Source: an uncultured Alphaproteobacteria bacterium
Lineage (GTDB): Bacteria > Pseudomonadota > Alphaproteobacteria > Rhizobiales > Beijerinckiaceae
Reading direction: 5' to 3'
DNA: 64,000 nucleotides
NCBI GenBank assembly: GCA_963789645.1
Contig: CAWBLM010000016.1
Location: 54,216-118,215 of the forward strand
The position numbers and the translations under genes are program-made. Of the stretch, positions 10,768 to 20,833 are shown piece by piece (position 1 is the stretch's first letter; each line of letters starts with the position of its first letter). Under the pieces are notes generated by a model. It did not search any database. It was not told the DNA's origin and worked only from the letters and a program-made list of their open reading frames with translations.

Positions 10768-11120
10768 GTGCTTTCCTCTAAGGGCCGGCGGACGTTCGCG
10801 GGCGCTGGATCGGCCGGCTCATCGGAAGGACGCGTTGGCGCGCGCTTCGATGGATCATTTTCGCACAGCTTTGCGCTCTGCGCCAAGCGCGCTGGCGGGC
10901 TAGGCGGTTTCGCCCACCGGTCGCTTGCCTCGAGCCGCCTGCGGCGCTAACCTCGCGGGGCTGGCGCTTTCGCCACCGTTTAGACCTTGAGCGTTGCCAC
11001 AGGCAAGACGGGATTCTTGGGGACCATTCGATTCGCGACAATCAAATTGTCAAACCGTCATGGTTGTGCGGTATCATAACGTGATTTTGGCCGCTCCGTG
11101 ACGAAAGGCTTTATTCGCGC

Positions 11121-11771
11121 ATGATTGAGGACGCCTCGATCGCCAACCGAACAAACGCCGAGCTTCAGCTCGGCCACCATTCCGTCGGCCAGACCGCCGA
11201 ACAATCCGCGGGCGAGGCCGGGCGATATGCCGCCCTTTGGGCGACGTCGAAGCAGCGGCTCTCCGCGGCCGACCTCGTGGCGGTCCATTTCTTTTCTCGC
11301 TCCGTCAAATGGAGGATCGGCAGGACGTCGGCCTTCGTCATCAGCAAGCTCGGGAATGGCTGGCTCTACCCGATTCTCGCATTGATGATTTTCGAACATT
11401 TCGGCGCCAAAGCGATCAAGGTGATCCTCGCTGCCGGCCTTAACGCCGCATTGTTGCACTGTCTCTATCCCGTCATCAAACGTTACATTGGGCGCCCTCG
11501 TCCATTCCGGGCGGACGACAGACTGTCCTCGCTGTTCGGGGTTCTCGACGAGCACTCCTTCCCGAGCGGCCACGCGATGACCTTGTGCGGGGTCTTGGTG
11601 CCGATCGTGCTTGCCTGGCCGGGCTGCCTCGGCGCGGCGATTGCTCTCCTCGTCCTGATGGGCTGGGCGCGAATTGCTTCAGGACATCACTACCCAACCG
11701 ACATTTGCGCCGGGGCCGCCCTCGGCTTCATTTTGTCCTATCCTTTGTCCGCTTGGATCCTTGCGATCTGA
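11121..11771 (+). CDS. PAP2-family phosphatase (membrane)
   Basis: 216-aa ORF with the three PAP2 motifs KRYIGRPRP, PSGH and ARIASGHHYPTD, plus hydrophobic segments. Confidence 0.8.
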   Translation: MIEDASIANRTNAELQLGHHSVGQTAEQSAGEAGRYAALWATSKQRLSAADLVAVHFFSRSVKWRIGRTSAFVISKLGNGWLYPILALMIFEHFGAKAIKVILAAGLNAALLHCLYPVIKRYIGRPRPFRADDRLSSLFGVLDEHSFPSGHAMTLCGVLVPIVLAWPGCLGAAIALLVLMGWARIASGHHYPTDICAGAALGFILSYPLSAWILAI

Positions 11772-11898
11772 AGTTCGCCGCATCGCGCCGCAAATTTCAA
11801 TCGTCGCGCGCGTCATTTCACGGCTTTGACTCCGAACGCGGTCCGAGGGGTCGCGATTTTTTCCGGATCGAGCCCCGAAAGCGCCTTGAGCGGACGCC

Positions 11899-12373
11899 TT
11901 AGCCGGCGCGGTCCGAGCCCAATTCAGCCAGGATCAAAGCTTTCGGGCCAGCAGCCGGCTTCGGGGACATTTTTTTGGCGAAGCGGCCGATCAGGAAATG
12001 CAGTTCGGCGTCATTTACAGCCGCCAGCGCATCGTTCGGCTCGAACCAGCGCCATTCGCGTTGTGCCGCTTCGGGCCAGTACCCCATCTGCGTTTTGACA
12101 TTTAAGGCGAAGACTTTGACTTCGCACAGAATGTTTGGCGCCCCTTCCAGGAACGCCAGCCTCTTCGAAAGCCTCCCGCGCGGCGGACTTCGCCGGCCTC
12201 AAGCCCTTGATCGGGTCGCCTTTCGGAATGATCCAGCGTTTGCTTCGCCGCGTCGTAATCAGGAGAATTTCGAGCGCGCCCGACTGCGCGAACCGGTAAG
12301 GCAAAGCGCCATATTGCAACCGCACGGGCGACGTCTTCCGTCTGGCGGGTTTGCGCAATTTTGCGCCTTTCAT
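11899..12373 (-). pseudogene. NUDIX hydrolase, one frame break as assembled
   Basis: The N-terminal part (ORF 12011..12406) starts at MKGAKL (12373, GGAG upstream) and carries the Nudix box GDPIKGLRPAKSAAREAFEEAGV. The C-terminal part lies in the frame of ORF 11899..12087 (MGYWPEAAQREWRWFEPNDAL...). The break is near 12100-12160. Confidence 0.7.
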
Positions 12374-12612
12374 GTCAGAACTCCGTTTTGAGTCGCCGGA
12401 GTTCAATTGTCTTTTTGCGTCGCCTTCGCCAGCGATCTCCGGTTGCGGCTCTCTCAGCCGACCCTCAACTTTATACCAAAGAACGACGTCATTTAGATTA
12501 CGGTCGAGCGCCGCGGCGCCATGGCTGTTTCAACCACTTTTCGCGCGGGCGCCGGCGCGAAAGAGCATAAATCACCTCAACTTCGCCGAATAAGGGCTGG
12601 AACCCAATTCAG

Positions 12613-12654
12613 AGTCCTCCGTTAGACGCGCAATTCAACAATTCGAGGAGGACT
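12613..12654 (+). promoter_or_regulatory. candidate RBS-sequestering hairpin (AGTCCTCC / GGAGGACT, 26-nt loop) in front of the 12658 ORF
   Basis: 12613-12620 AGTCCTCC is the perfect complement of 12647-12654 GGAGGACT, which contains the Shine-Dalgarno GGAGGA 4 nt before ATG 12658. Confidence 0.3.
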
Positions 12655-12657
12655 GCC

Positions 12658-12924
12658 ATGTCAAAACGGGTTTTGCTTGGTCTTTGCGCCGCGCCTCTAT
12701 TTTTGAGCGGCGTCGCATTGGCGCAGACGGCGGGCACTACGTCCGGGCCGGCGGCCGGAAAAAGCGTTGATCCAAGCACTGCAATCCAAAAGGAAGAAGG
12801 CCGCTCGGCCGATGAGATGAAGGCGCCCAGAGGTGGCGGAGCGCCCGGCGTTGAAGCAAAGCCGGGCGTTCAGAGCGGCGACATGCCAAAGAGCAACATG
12901 AACTCAAACGAAAAGTATAAGTAG
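12658..12924 (+). CDS. small secreted protein, unknown function
   Basis: Strong RBS GAGGAGGA. Signal peptide MSKRVLLGLCAAPLFLSGVALAQ, then a low-complexity Gly/Pro/Lys-rich mature part. No family recognised. Confidence 0.5.
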   Translation: MSKRVLLGLCAAPLFLSGVALAQTAGTTSGPAAGKSVDPSTAIQKEEGRSADEMKAPRGGGAPGVEAKPGVQSGDMPKSNMNSNEKYK

Positions 12925-13092
12925 CGTTCGTGTCGCCGCACGTTTGCGTCGAAAACGAACGTCGGCGAGGCCGAGTCAGACAAAAGGCTGGATCGGTCTC
13001 GCCGCGCTTCCGGAGGCTCCGCATTTAACGGCGTCGCATCGACCTCAATCGAGCGGGCGGATGCTTGGCTGCGGTCGTCGGTGGCCGAATAC

Positions 13093-14808
13093 TCATTTTT
13101 TCCCGCGTTTTTTGCCGGGCGCTTTCTCTGACGCCGCATGCGGCTCGTCAGCGTGCCGGGGGCGCGCCCTCTCGGATTTTCGCCCAAATCCTTCCGCAGC
13201 CAGCGCGACGCGGATCGAGTCGCCGTCAGGACGCTGGACATTGGCCAAAAACTGCTTGGCGACGCTCTCCGCCACTTCGAATTTCGTCTCGCGCTCGAAT
13301 ATCTGGATCGCGCCAATATCCTGCTTGGTGACTTTGCCGCGGCGGCAGAGCATCGGCAGCAGCCATTTCGGGTCGGCGTTCTTTTTCGATCCGACGTCAA
13401 GCTTGAACCAGACGCCCTGCGCGCCTTCGCGCGGCCCCTGTGGCCCCTCTCGCTTGCCTTCGCGCGGGCGTCGCTCACGCCCTTGTCTTGGTCCTTCTCC
13501 CGGGTCTTGCACCTCCTCAGGCGCCGGCAGGCGGGCGCGATAGGCGCGGGCCAGGGCCGCCGCAACATCCTCGGGCGATCGCTCTTTCAGCAGCGCTCGC
13601 GCCATAACGCGGTCCTCCTCGCTGCTGTCTTCGGTCAGCAGCGGGTCTCGCAGCAGACGCTCTTGATCGAGTTTGCGGATTTCGCCGGCCGACGGCGGCG
13701 CGCTCCAGACCGGCTGAACGCCCGCGATCGCCATCAATTGTTCGGCGCGGCGCCGGCGCGAATTCGGGATTAGCAGAACGCTGACGCCTTTGCGTTTGGC
13801 GCGGCCGGTGCGCCCGCTGCGATGCTGCAGAATTTCGGCGTCATGCGGAAGATCGGCGTGAATGACAAGGGCGAGGCCCGGCAGGTCAATGCCGCGCGCC
13901 GCGACGTCGGTTGCAACGCACACGCGCGCGCGCCCATCGCGCAGCGCTTGAAGCGCATGGTTGCGTTCGTTCTGGCTCAGTTCCCCGGAGAGCAGCACAG
14001 CGGCAAAGCCGCGCTCCAGCAAAATCGCCTGAAGGTGGCGCACGGCCTCTCTCGTATTGCAGAACACCAGCGCGCCCGGCGCCTCATTGAGCCGCAGCAC
14101 ATTGACGACGGCGCGCTCGATTTCGTGCGGGGCGACGCGAACGGCGCGATATTCGATATCGGCGTGTCCGCCGTCGCCGCCCGCGACTTCGACGCGCATC
14201 GCGGCCCGCTGAAAGCGGCTGGCGAGGCTCGCAATGCCTTTTGGCAGGGTCGCCGAAAACAACAGCGTGCGCCGCTCTTTCGGGGTGGTCTCGAGAATGA
14301 ACTCGAGATCCTCGCGAAAGCCGAGATCGAGCATTTCGTCGGCTTCGTCGAGCACGACGGCTGTCAGTTTCGAAACGTCGAGCGCGCCCCGCTCGATATG
14401 GTCGCGAAGGCGTCCGGGCGTCCCGATGACGATATGGGCGCCGGCGGCAAGGTCGCGCCGCTCGCGCCTCGGCTCCATCCCGCCGACGCAGGAAACAACA
14501 CGGGCGCCGGCGTATTGGTAGAGCCAGGCTAATTCGCGCTGCACCTGCAGCGCCAGTTCGCGCGTCGGCGCGATGATCAGCGCCAAAGGCTCCGCCGCCG
14601 CGCCCATTGCGTCCGACTCGCCGATGAGATTGGGGGCGATCGCAAGACCATAAGCGACCGTTTTGCCGGACCCCGTTTGCGCCGAGACGAGGAGATCGCG
14701 ATTGAGAGCGTTGGCCTCGATCACGGCCGTCTGAACAGGCGTCGCCGAATCGTAGTTTCGCTCGGCCAGCGCGCGCGACAGAGCCGGGATGGTTGAACGA
14801 AAAGCCAA
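13093..14808 (-). CDS. DEAD-box ATP-dependent RNA helicase with DbpA-type C-terminal RNA-binding domain
   Basis: 571-aa ORF with motifs AQTGSGKT, VLDEADEMLD, SAT and HRSGRTGRA. An Arg/Gly-rich linker is followed by a C-terminal WFKLDVGSKKNADPKWLLPMLCRRG domain. Confidence 0.9.
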   Translation of the reverse strand: MAFRSTIPALSRALAERNYDSATPVQTAVIEANALNRDLLVSAQTGSGKTVAYGLAIAPNLIGESDAMGAAAEPLALIIAPTRELALQVQRELAWLYQYAGARVVSCVGGMEPRRERRDLAAGAHIVIGTPGRLRDHIERGALDVSKLTAVVLDEADEMLDLGFREDLEFILETTPKERRTLLFSATLPKGIASLASRFQRAAMRVEVAGGDGGHADIEYRAVRVAPHEIERAVVNVLRLNEAPGALVFCNTREAVRHLQAILLERGFAAVLLSGELSQNERNHALQALRDGRARVCVATDVAARGIDLPGLALVIHADLPHDAEILQHRSGRTGRAKRKGVSVLLIPNSRRRRAEQLMAIAGVQPVWSAPPSAGEIRKLDQERLLRDPLLTEDSSEEDRVMARALLKERSPEDVAAALARAYRARLPAPEEVQDPGEGPRQGRERRPREGKREGPQGPREGAQGVWFKLDVGSKKNADPKWLLPMLCRRGKVTKQDIGAIQIFERETKFEVAESVAKQFLANVQRPDGDSIRVALAAEGFGRKSERARPRHADEPHAASEKAPGKKRGKK

Positions 14809-14972
14809 GTCGGAAATGGTCCTTCAAACGCAAGGGTACGCTTGTGAGCGAAGAAGTCCGCGCCCGCGGACGGTTACGCCGCAGCGTCATACGTTGAATT
14901 TGCGCGAAGCGCCAATCTGGCTGCGGCCGGCGGGCCTCAATCGCAAGCCAGGGCACGGATCTCCCGCATCGT

Positions 14973-15530
14973 TTAGGCGGTGACGGGAGCCGTGGCGGTC
15001 GGAGGCTCGCCGGGGTCGCTCGGCCGTTGCATTGACGTCTGGTCCGGCTTGCCGGCCAGCGCCGCCCGGATCGCTTCTTCCTGCGTCCTGTCAAAGGAAG
15101 TGCGCAGCACCGTGCCGCCGACGCCCTGCAAGTCGGCGAGAACCTTGTCGATGGTGATCTTTTTGACGAGAACGAACAGGGCCGCGCCCCCTGGCGGCAC
15201 CGCTTGAGCCACTTCCCTCATGAAACCATCATTGATGCCGAAGTCCGTGAGCGACCCGCCGAGAGCGCCAGAGGCGGCGCCGATCGCCGCGCCGACGAGC
15301 GGCAGAGCAAACAACGTCCCGACCAAAAGACCCCAGAAGGTCCCGGACACCGCGCCGGCGGCAGTCGTGTTGAACATCTGATGCAGCTTGATCTTGCCGT
15401 CTTCGCCCTTCACCGCGACGACGGCGTCGCCGAGCTCGATCAGATACTCCTTCTGCAGCTCCAACAGTTTGTGGCGGACCTCTTCCGCCTTCTGCTCGGA
15501 CGAAAAAGCGATAACGAGGAGATCATTCAT
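14973..15530 (-). CDS. DUF1269-like membrane protein
   Basis: I placed the start at MNDLLVIAFSSEQKAEEVRHKLLELQKEYLIELGDAVVAVK (15530). A Gly-rich TM pair follows (GTFWGLLVGTLFALPLVGAAIGAASGALGG). The upstream part of ORF 14973..15830 looks non-coding. Confidence 0.72.
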   Translation of the reverse strand: MNDLLVIAFSSEQKAEEVRHKLLELQKEYLIELGDAVVAVKGEDGKIKLHQMFNTTAAGAVSGTFWGLLVGTLFALPLVGAAIGAASGALGGSLTDFGINDGFMREVAQAVPPGGAALFVLVKKITIDKVLADLQGVGGTVLRTSFDRTQEEAIRAALAGKPDQTSMQRPSDPGEPPTATAPVTA

Positions 15531-16015
15531 GGACGCAGCTCCAGTGTTGCGAATGCCGTGTAACAGCCGAGGCGCGCAACGGCGATGAGCCGGCCTCGCC
15601 TGGAGCGGCAAAAAGCATAACCCCCGCGCTCCAAAGTGGCTCAGGGACGAGCCTTGACAGTCGACGGCCACACTAGAGCACTTTCCAGCTTCACGGAAAC
15701 CGGAAAAAGTTCTGAAACAGCGAAAATTCAATAAAGCAACGCGACACGAAGCCGGCGAACGCTGCCGCCTGGCGAAACGCGGCAGGAGAGCTTGAGGCGA
15801 ACGGAGGCGGGGTCCCCTTTTTTCCGGCAATTGCGCCGCGCGGACTCAAATCTCGTCCGATTTCTAGTGGGGTGGCGAGTTCGATGTCGCGAACTCTGCT
15901 TTTGCCGCCTTCCCGTAAGCCCATGCCGCGCTCCTTGCGCCCTTCGATGCCGGGCAACTTGCCCGGCCCATAGCGTGTAGCGCGGCGACGGAGGGCCCAT
16001 GGGTGCGGAATCACA

Positions 16016-16045
16016 CTTTGAGGCGACGTTCTTTGAGGCGACGTT
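16016..16045. repeat. perfect 15-bp tandem direct repeat (CTTTGAGGCGACGTT x2) about 105 nt upstream of the decarboxylase start
   Basis: Read directly: 16016-16030 is identical to 16031-16045. Confidence 0.9.
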
Positions 16046-16149
16046 TCTCATCCATTCGTCATCAACCTTTTGGCGCGCCCGGTCTCGGCCTCTGCTATAA
16101 GTGCGCCGCGTCAAATGATTCCGCCACGCGGCGTCGGTGGAGCTGGTCG

Positions 16150-18504
16150 ATGGATTTCTTCAGGCGTTTCACTTTTCTTGTCTGCGCTCCTGCATTCGAT
16201 GAAAATGACCTCGAGGGTCTGCGACTGCAGCAGATCATCGCGGCGATCGAGCGGCTTGGCATTCAGGTTGTCCGCGCAAGGCGGACGGAGGACGCCGAAA
16301 TGGCGGTGCAGACCGACGCCGCGATCGGCTGCATGGTGATCGACTGGGGCAAGAAAGGCGTTGGGGGAAAAACCGCCGCCTTGATCAATCTCATGCGCCG
16401 GCGCGGACTTGAAATGCCGATCGTCATGCTCGTCCGCCGCAAACAGTTCGAGGACATCCCCGTCGAGGTTCTGGACTACATCGACGGCTATGTTTTTCTT
16501 GCCGAGGAGACGCCCGAATTCATCGCCAAGAATCTTGTCAGCCGCCTCAAGCAATATGCCGATACGCTGAAGACGCCATTCTTCGGCGCCCTCGTCGACT
16601 ATGCGGAGGAGGGCAATCAACTGTGGACTTGCCCCGGACATAATGGCGGCGTCTTCTACAGCCGCAGCCCGATCGGACGCATCTTCGTCGAACATCTCGG
16701 CGAGGCGATTTTCCGCGACGATCTCGACAATTCGGTGCTCGAACTCGGCGACCTGTTGACGCATGAAGGACCGGCGCTGCGCGCTCAAAAAGAGGCCGCC
16801 GCCATCTTTGGCGCGGAAAAGACCTATTTCGTTTTGAACGGCACCTCGTCGTCGAACAAGATCGCTCTGTCCGCTCTCGTCGCCGAGGGCGATCTCGTGT
16901 TGTTCGATCGCAACAATCATAAGGCCGCGCATCATGGCGCGCTGACCTTGACTGGCGGCATTCCGATCTTTCTCGAGACCGACCGCAATGCCTACGGCCT
17001 CATTGGACCAATCTATTTCGAGGCGTTGGATGAAACCCGCATCCGCGAAAAAATCCGCCGCCATCCGCTTGTCAAGAACAGCGAGGCGTGGCGCAAGGAA
17101 CGCCCATTCCGCGTCGCCGTCATCGAGGAATGCACCTACGACGGAACAATCTACAATGCGAAGATGATCCTCGAAAAAATCGGCTGCCTTTGCGACTATG
17201 TGTTGTTCGACGAGGCCTGGGCGGGATTCATGAAATTCCACCCCCTGTACGCTGGCCGCTTCGCGATGGACCTTCGCGGCCTCGGCCCCGACTCGCCCGG
17301 AATCATCGCGACGCAATCGACCCACAAGCAACTCGCGGGCTTTTCGCAGGCCTCGCAGATCCACGTGAAGGACAGCCACCTTCGGGGCCAAGAGCGCTAC
17401 CTCGGCCATCGCCGCTTCAACAAATCTTTCTTGCTCTATGCGTCGACCTCGCCATTCTATCCGCTGTTCGCCTCGCTCGACGTCGGCGCGCAGATGATGA
17501 AGGGCCGCTCGGGCGAAATCCTATGGGACGACACGATCAGGCTCGGCATCGAACTGCGCAAAAAACTGCGCGCGGCGCGGCGCGAGTTCGAAGAGAAAGA
17601 GAAAGATCCCGCGCGCAAATGGTTTTTCGACGCTTTCGTACCCGATGCGGTCGCTCTGCCGGCACGCGCCGGCGAGGCGCAAAAGGAGGTCCTGTGGGAG
17701 GATGTTGCGACAGACGAACTCGCGTCCAAAGCGCACTATTGGGAATTGAGTCCCGCCGCGCATTGGCACGGGTTTACTCACGTCGCGGAGGATTTTGCGA
17801 TCACCGATCCAAACAAGCTGACGCTGCTCACTCCGGGTTTCGATCGGACCACCGGCGCCTATGAAGCGCACGGAATTCCGGCGCCGGTCGTCGCCCAGTA
17901 TCTGCGCGAAAATCGCATCGTCCCGGAGAAGAACGATCTCAACTCTCTGCTCTTTCTGCTGACTCCCGGCGTTAAATCCAGCAAGGCGTGGACGCTTCTC
18001 AGCGCGCTCGTCGCTTTCAAGAAGCTACACGACGAGAATGCGCGCATCATCGACGCGATTCCGGAATTCGTCCGGGCTCGCCCGGCCCGATATGCGGGCG
18101 TTCGCCTGCGCGACCTCTGTGCGCAGATGCACGATTTTTATCTAAGCTGCGGCGTCAGCAAATTGCAGAAAGCGCAGTTCATGCCGGAGCATTTGCCCGA
18201 GATGGCGATGGCGCCGCAGGAAGCCGTGCGGCAAATGGTTCGCAACAAGGTCGATTACCTGCCGCTCGACAAGCTCGCGGGCCGGATCGCGACGACGCTG
18301 TTCGTGGTCTATCCACCGGGCATAGCGACTATCGTGCCTGGGGAGCGCATCGGCGCGCATGCGTCGCCGATGCTTGAATATTTAAAGATGTTCGAGCGCA
18401 GCGCCAATCTTTTTCCCGGATTTGAAGCTGAAATTCAGGGGCTTTATCGCGAGGTCGAGCCGGACGGCACGGTGCGGTTCTATACCTACGTCGTGCGCGA
18501 ATAA
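16150..18504 (+). CDS. Orn/Lys/Arg decarboxylase, large biodegradative type with N-terminal wing domain
   Basis: ORF 16003..18504. I moved the start to ATG 16150 (GGAG about 9 nt upstream; MDFFRRFTFLVCAP...). Fold-type I decarboxylase with the PLP-lysine motif QSTHKQLAG. About 784 aa, as in LdcC/AdiA/SpeF-type enzymes. Substrate cannot be assigned. Confidence 0.9.
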   Translation: MDFFRRFTFLVCAPAFDENDLEGLRLQQIIAAIERLGIQVVRARRTEDAEMAVQTDAAIGCMVIDWGKKGVGGKTAALINLMRRRGLEMPIVMLVRRKQFEDIPVEVLDYIDGYVFLAEETPEFIAKNLVSRLKQYADTLKTPFFGALVDYAEEGNQLWTCPGHNGGVFYSRSPIGRIFVEHLGEAIFRDDLDNSVLELGDLLTHEGPALRAQKEAAAIFGAEKTYFVLNGTSSSNKIALSALVAEGDLVLFDRNNHKAAHHGALTLTGGIPIFLETDRNAYGLIGPIYFEALDETRIREKIRRHPLVKNSEAWRKERPFRVAVIEECTYDGTIYNAKMILEKIGCLCDYVLFDEAWAGFMKFHPLYAGRFAMDLRGLGPDSPGIIATQSTHKQLAGFSQASQIHVKDSHLRGQERYLGHRRFNKSFLLYASTSPFYPLFASLDVGAQMMKGRSGEILWDDTIRLGIELRKKLRAARREFEEKEKDPARKWFFDAFVPDAVALPARAGEAQKEVLWEDVATDELASKAHYWELSPAAHWHGFTHVAEDFAITDPNKLTLLTPGFDRTTGAYEAHGIPAPVVAQYLRENRIVPEKNDLNSLLFLLTPGVKSSKAWTLLSALVAFKKLHDENARIIDAIPEFVRARPARYAGVRLRDLCAQMHDFYLSCGVSKLQKAQFMPEHLPEMAMAPQEAVRQMVRNKVDYLPLDKLAGRIATTLFVVYPPGIATIVPGERIGAHASPMLEYLKMFERSANLFPGFEAEIQGLYREVEPDGTVRFYTYVVRE

Positions 18505-18580
18505 GTTGGGCGCCGATAGGTGCGATAATAAAATTCGCAGAGATGGAAGCTCGCTAGGCGATTCCAAGGGGCGTCGTATT

Positions 18581-19162
18581 CTAATGTGTCGTTCGCGAAG
18601 CGGGCTCGTCGGCTGCGTTGTCGAGGCGCCCTGGCGCCGACGCATTTCCATCCCCGAGCGCGCGCTGCAGCAAGACCGTATCCGTCCACCGCCCGAATTT
18701 GTAGCCGACCGATTTCAGCATGCCGGCGCGCACAAAGCCGAAGGCCTCATGCAGGCGGAGGGAGGGCTGGTTGGCGCTGTCGATGTAGCAAACCATCTGG
18801 CGGAATCCAGCGCCCGCGCAGGCCTCGATCAGCGAGGGCAGCAACAGCCGGCCGACGCCGGAATTGAGATGATCCTTGTGCACATAAATCGAATGTTTGA
18901 CGGCGTGGCGATAGGCCGGCCGCTTGAGGAAAGGGACCGCATAGGCATAGCCGATGACCACGCCCCCGAGTTCGGCGACAATGTGCGGCAGGCGGCGTTT
19001 CAGCATCGCTTTGCGCCGCCGCTTGATATCCTCGGGATGCAAAGGCTCGGCGTGGTAGTCGCCCAGTCCGTTCTGGACATGATAGGCGTAAATGTCGACC
19101 ATGAACGGCACGTCCTGCTCCGTCGAGGCGCGGACAATGATCGGAAGGGGCTGGTCGAGCAT
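18581..19162 (-). CDS. GNAT N-acetyltransferase (phosphinothricin-acetyltransferase-like)
   Basis: ORF 18581..19204, with the start probably at MLDQPLPIIVRAS (19162). GNAT core HIVAELGGVVIGYAYAVPF...VHKDHLNSGVGRLLL...HEAFGFVRAG. Confidence 0.8.
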   Translation of the reverse strand: MLDQPLPIIVRASTEQDVPFMVDIYAYHVQNGLGDYHAEPLHPEDIKRRRKAMLKRRLPHIVAELGGVVIGYAYAVPFLKRPAYRHAVKHSIYVHKDHLNSGVGRLLLPSLIEACAGAGFRQMVCYIDSANQPSLRLHEAFGFVRAGMLKSVGYKFGRWTDTVLLQRALGDGNASAPGRLDNAADEPASRTTH

Positions 19163-19221
19163 GGGCCGAGCTTTCAAGCGCTGATCTGGCGGCCTATCGA
19201 TCATTGAGGGATGAAGATTTT

Positions 19222-20815
19222 ATGACAGTCAACTCGCTCCCGAAAACGCCGGTCGCCTGGTGGCGCGCGGGGTCCATCTATCAGATCTATCCGCGCTCCT
19301 TTCAGGATTCGAACGACGACGGCGTCGGCGATCTCGAGGGCGTCGGGCGAAGGCTCGATTATCTCGTTTGGCTCGGCGTCGACGCTATTTGGATCTCGCC
19401 ATTTTATCCTTCGCCGATGCATGACTTCGGCTATGACGTCGCCGATTATTGCAACGTCGATCCGTTGTTCGGGTCACTCGACATTTTTGACGCCCTCATC
19501 GCTGACGCCCATGCGCGCGGATTGAAAATCATCCTCGACTTCGTGCCGAACCATACGTCGATCGACCATCCCTGGTTTAAGGAGAGCAGGGCGGGGACAG
19601 ATGAAAAGCGCGATTGGTACATATGGCGCGACGCGCCGAACAATTGGATCAGCAATTTCGGCGGCCCGGCCTGGACCTTCGATGCGGCGCGCGGGCAATA
19701 TTACTACCATGCTTTTCTGCCCGAGCAGCCAGACCTCAACTGGCGCAACCCAAAGTTGCGCGAGGCGATGTTCGAGGTTTTGCGCTTCTGGCTGCGGCGC
19801 GGCGTCGACGGCTTTCGCGTCGACGTGATCTGGCAGCTCATCAAGGACGAGGCGTTGCGCGACAACCCGCCAAACCCCGATTGGACGCCGATGCAGCCGG
19901 AGGTCGAGCGGCTGTTGCCGATTTATTCGGGCGACCAGCCCGAAGTCCATGACATCATCGCGAAGATGCGCGAGGCGCTAGAGGCGTTCGGAGATCGCCT
20001 TCTGATCGGCGAGATCTACCTGCCAGTCGATCGGCTGATCGCCTATTATGGCGAGGCTCTTCGCGGCGCGCATCTGCCGTTCAACTTTCAGCTCATCCAG
20101 GCGCCCTGGAGCGCGAAGAAGATCGGCGAGCTGATCGAGACCTACGAGGCGGCGCTGCCTGGCGGAGCCTGGCCCAATTGGGTGCTCGGCAATCATGATC
20201 GGGCGCGCATCGCGGCGCGGGTCGGCGAGGCCCAAGCGCGCGTCGCGGCGATGCTGCTGCTCACGTTGCGTGGAACGCCCACGCTCTATTATGGCGATGA
20301 GCTTGCAATCGGCGATATCGAAATCCCATCTGAGCGCATCCGCGATCCGTGGGCCTTGCGTGAGCCGGGGCTCGGATTTGGGCGCGATCCCGTGCGAACG
20401 CCCATGCAATGGGAGGCCGGCCCCTACGCCGGCTTCTCGACGATGAAGCCATGGCTGCCGCTGACGCCGGATTGGCCGACGCGAAACGTCGCCGCCCAAA
20501 GCGCCGATCCGGCCTCGATGTTGTCGCTGGTGCGCCTCCTGTTGCACTACCGCCGCGCGCATGATTCTCTTTCGCGCGGAAGCTGGCGGCGTCTCGAGTT
20601 CGCGCGGCGATCTCCTTGCCTATGAGCGCTGTTGCAATGACGAGAAAATCTTCGTCGTGCTGAATTTCGGCGGGGGGGCGCAAACCTGGTCAATTCCACC
20701 GGAGTTGCGCGGATTGAGGATCGCGATTTCGACACACTGCGACCGGCGGGGAGAGGCCGTCCGGACGAGTTTATGCCTGCGCCCGAATGAGGGCCTCGTG
20801 CTGGAGCCGGCTTAA
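19222..20815 (+). pseudogene. GH13 alpha-glucosidase/oligo-1,6-glucosidase-like enzyme, one frame break near the 3' end
   Basis: From ATG 19222: WWRAGSIYQIYPRSFQDSNDDGVGDL...DFVPNHTS...GFRVDV. The C-terminal beta-domain (GDLLAYERCCNDEKIFVVLNFGG...) lies in the frame of ORF 20561..20815. The break is near 20590-20605. Confidence 0.85.
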
Positions 20816-20833
20816 ACGCGGCCACCCGGGCGA

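Noticed and set aside
9625-10950. 441-aa plus-strand ORF
   Set aside because: It lies entirely opposite the PAS/HWE kinase gene. It has no family signature and an Arg/Ala-rich shadow-frame composition.
16111-17409. 432-aa minus-strand ORF
   Set aside because: It is antisense to the decarboxylase, whose PLP motif and full-length similarity fix the coding strand.
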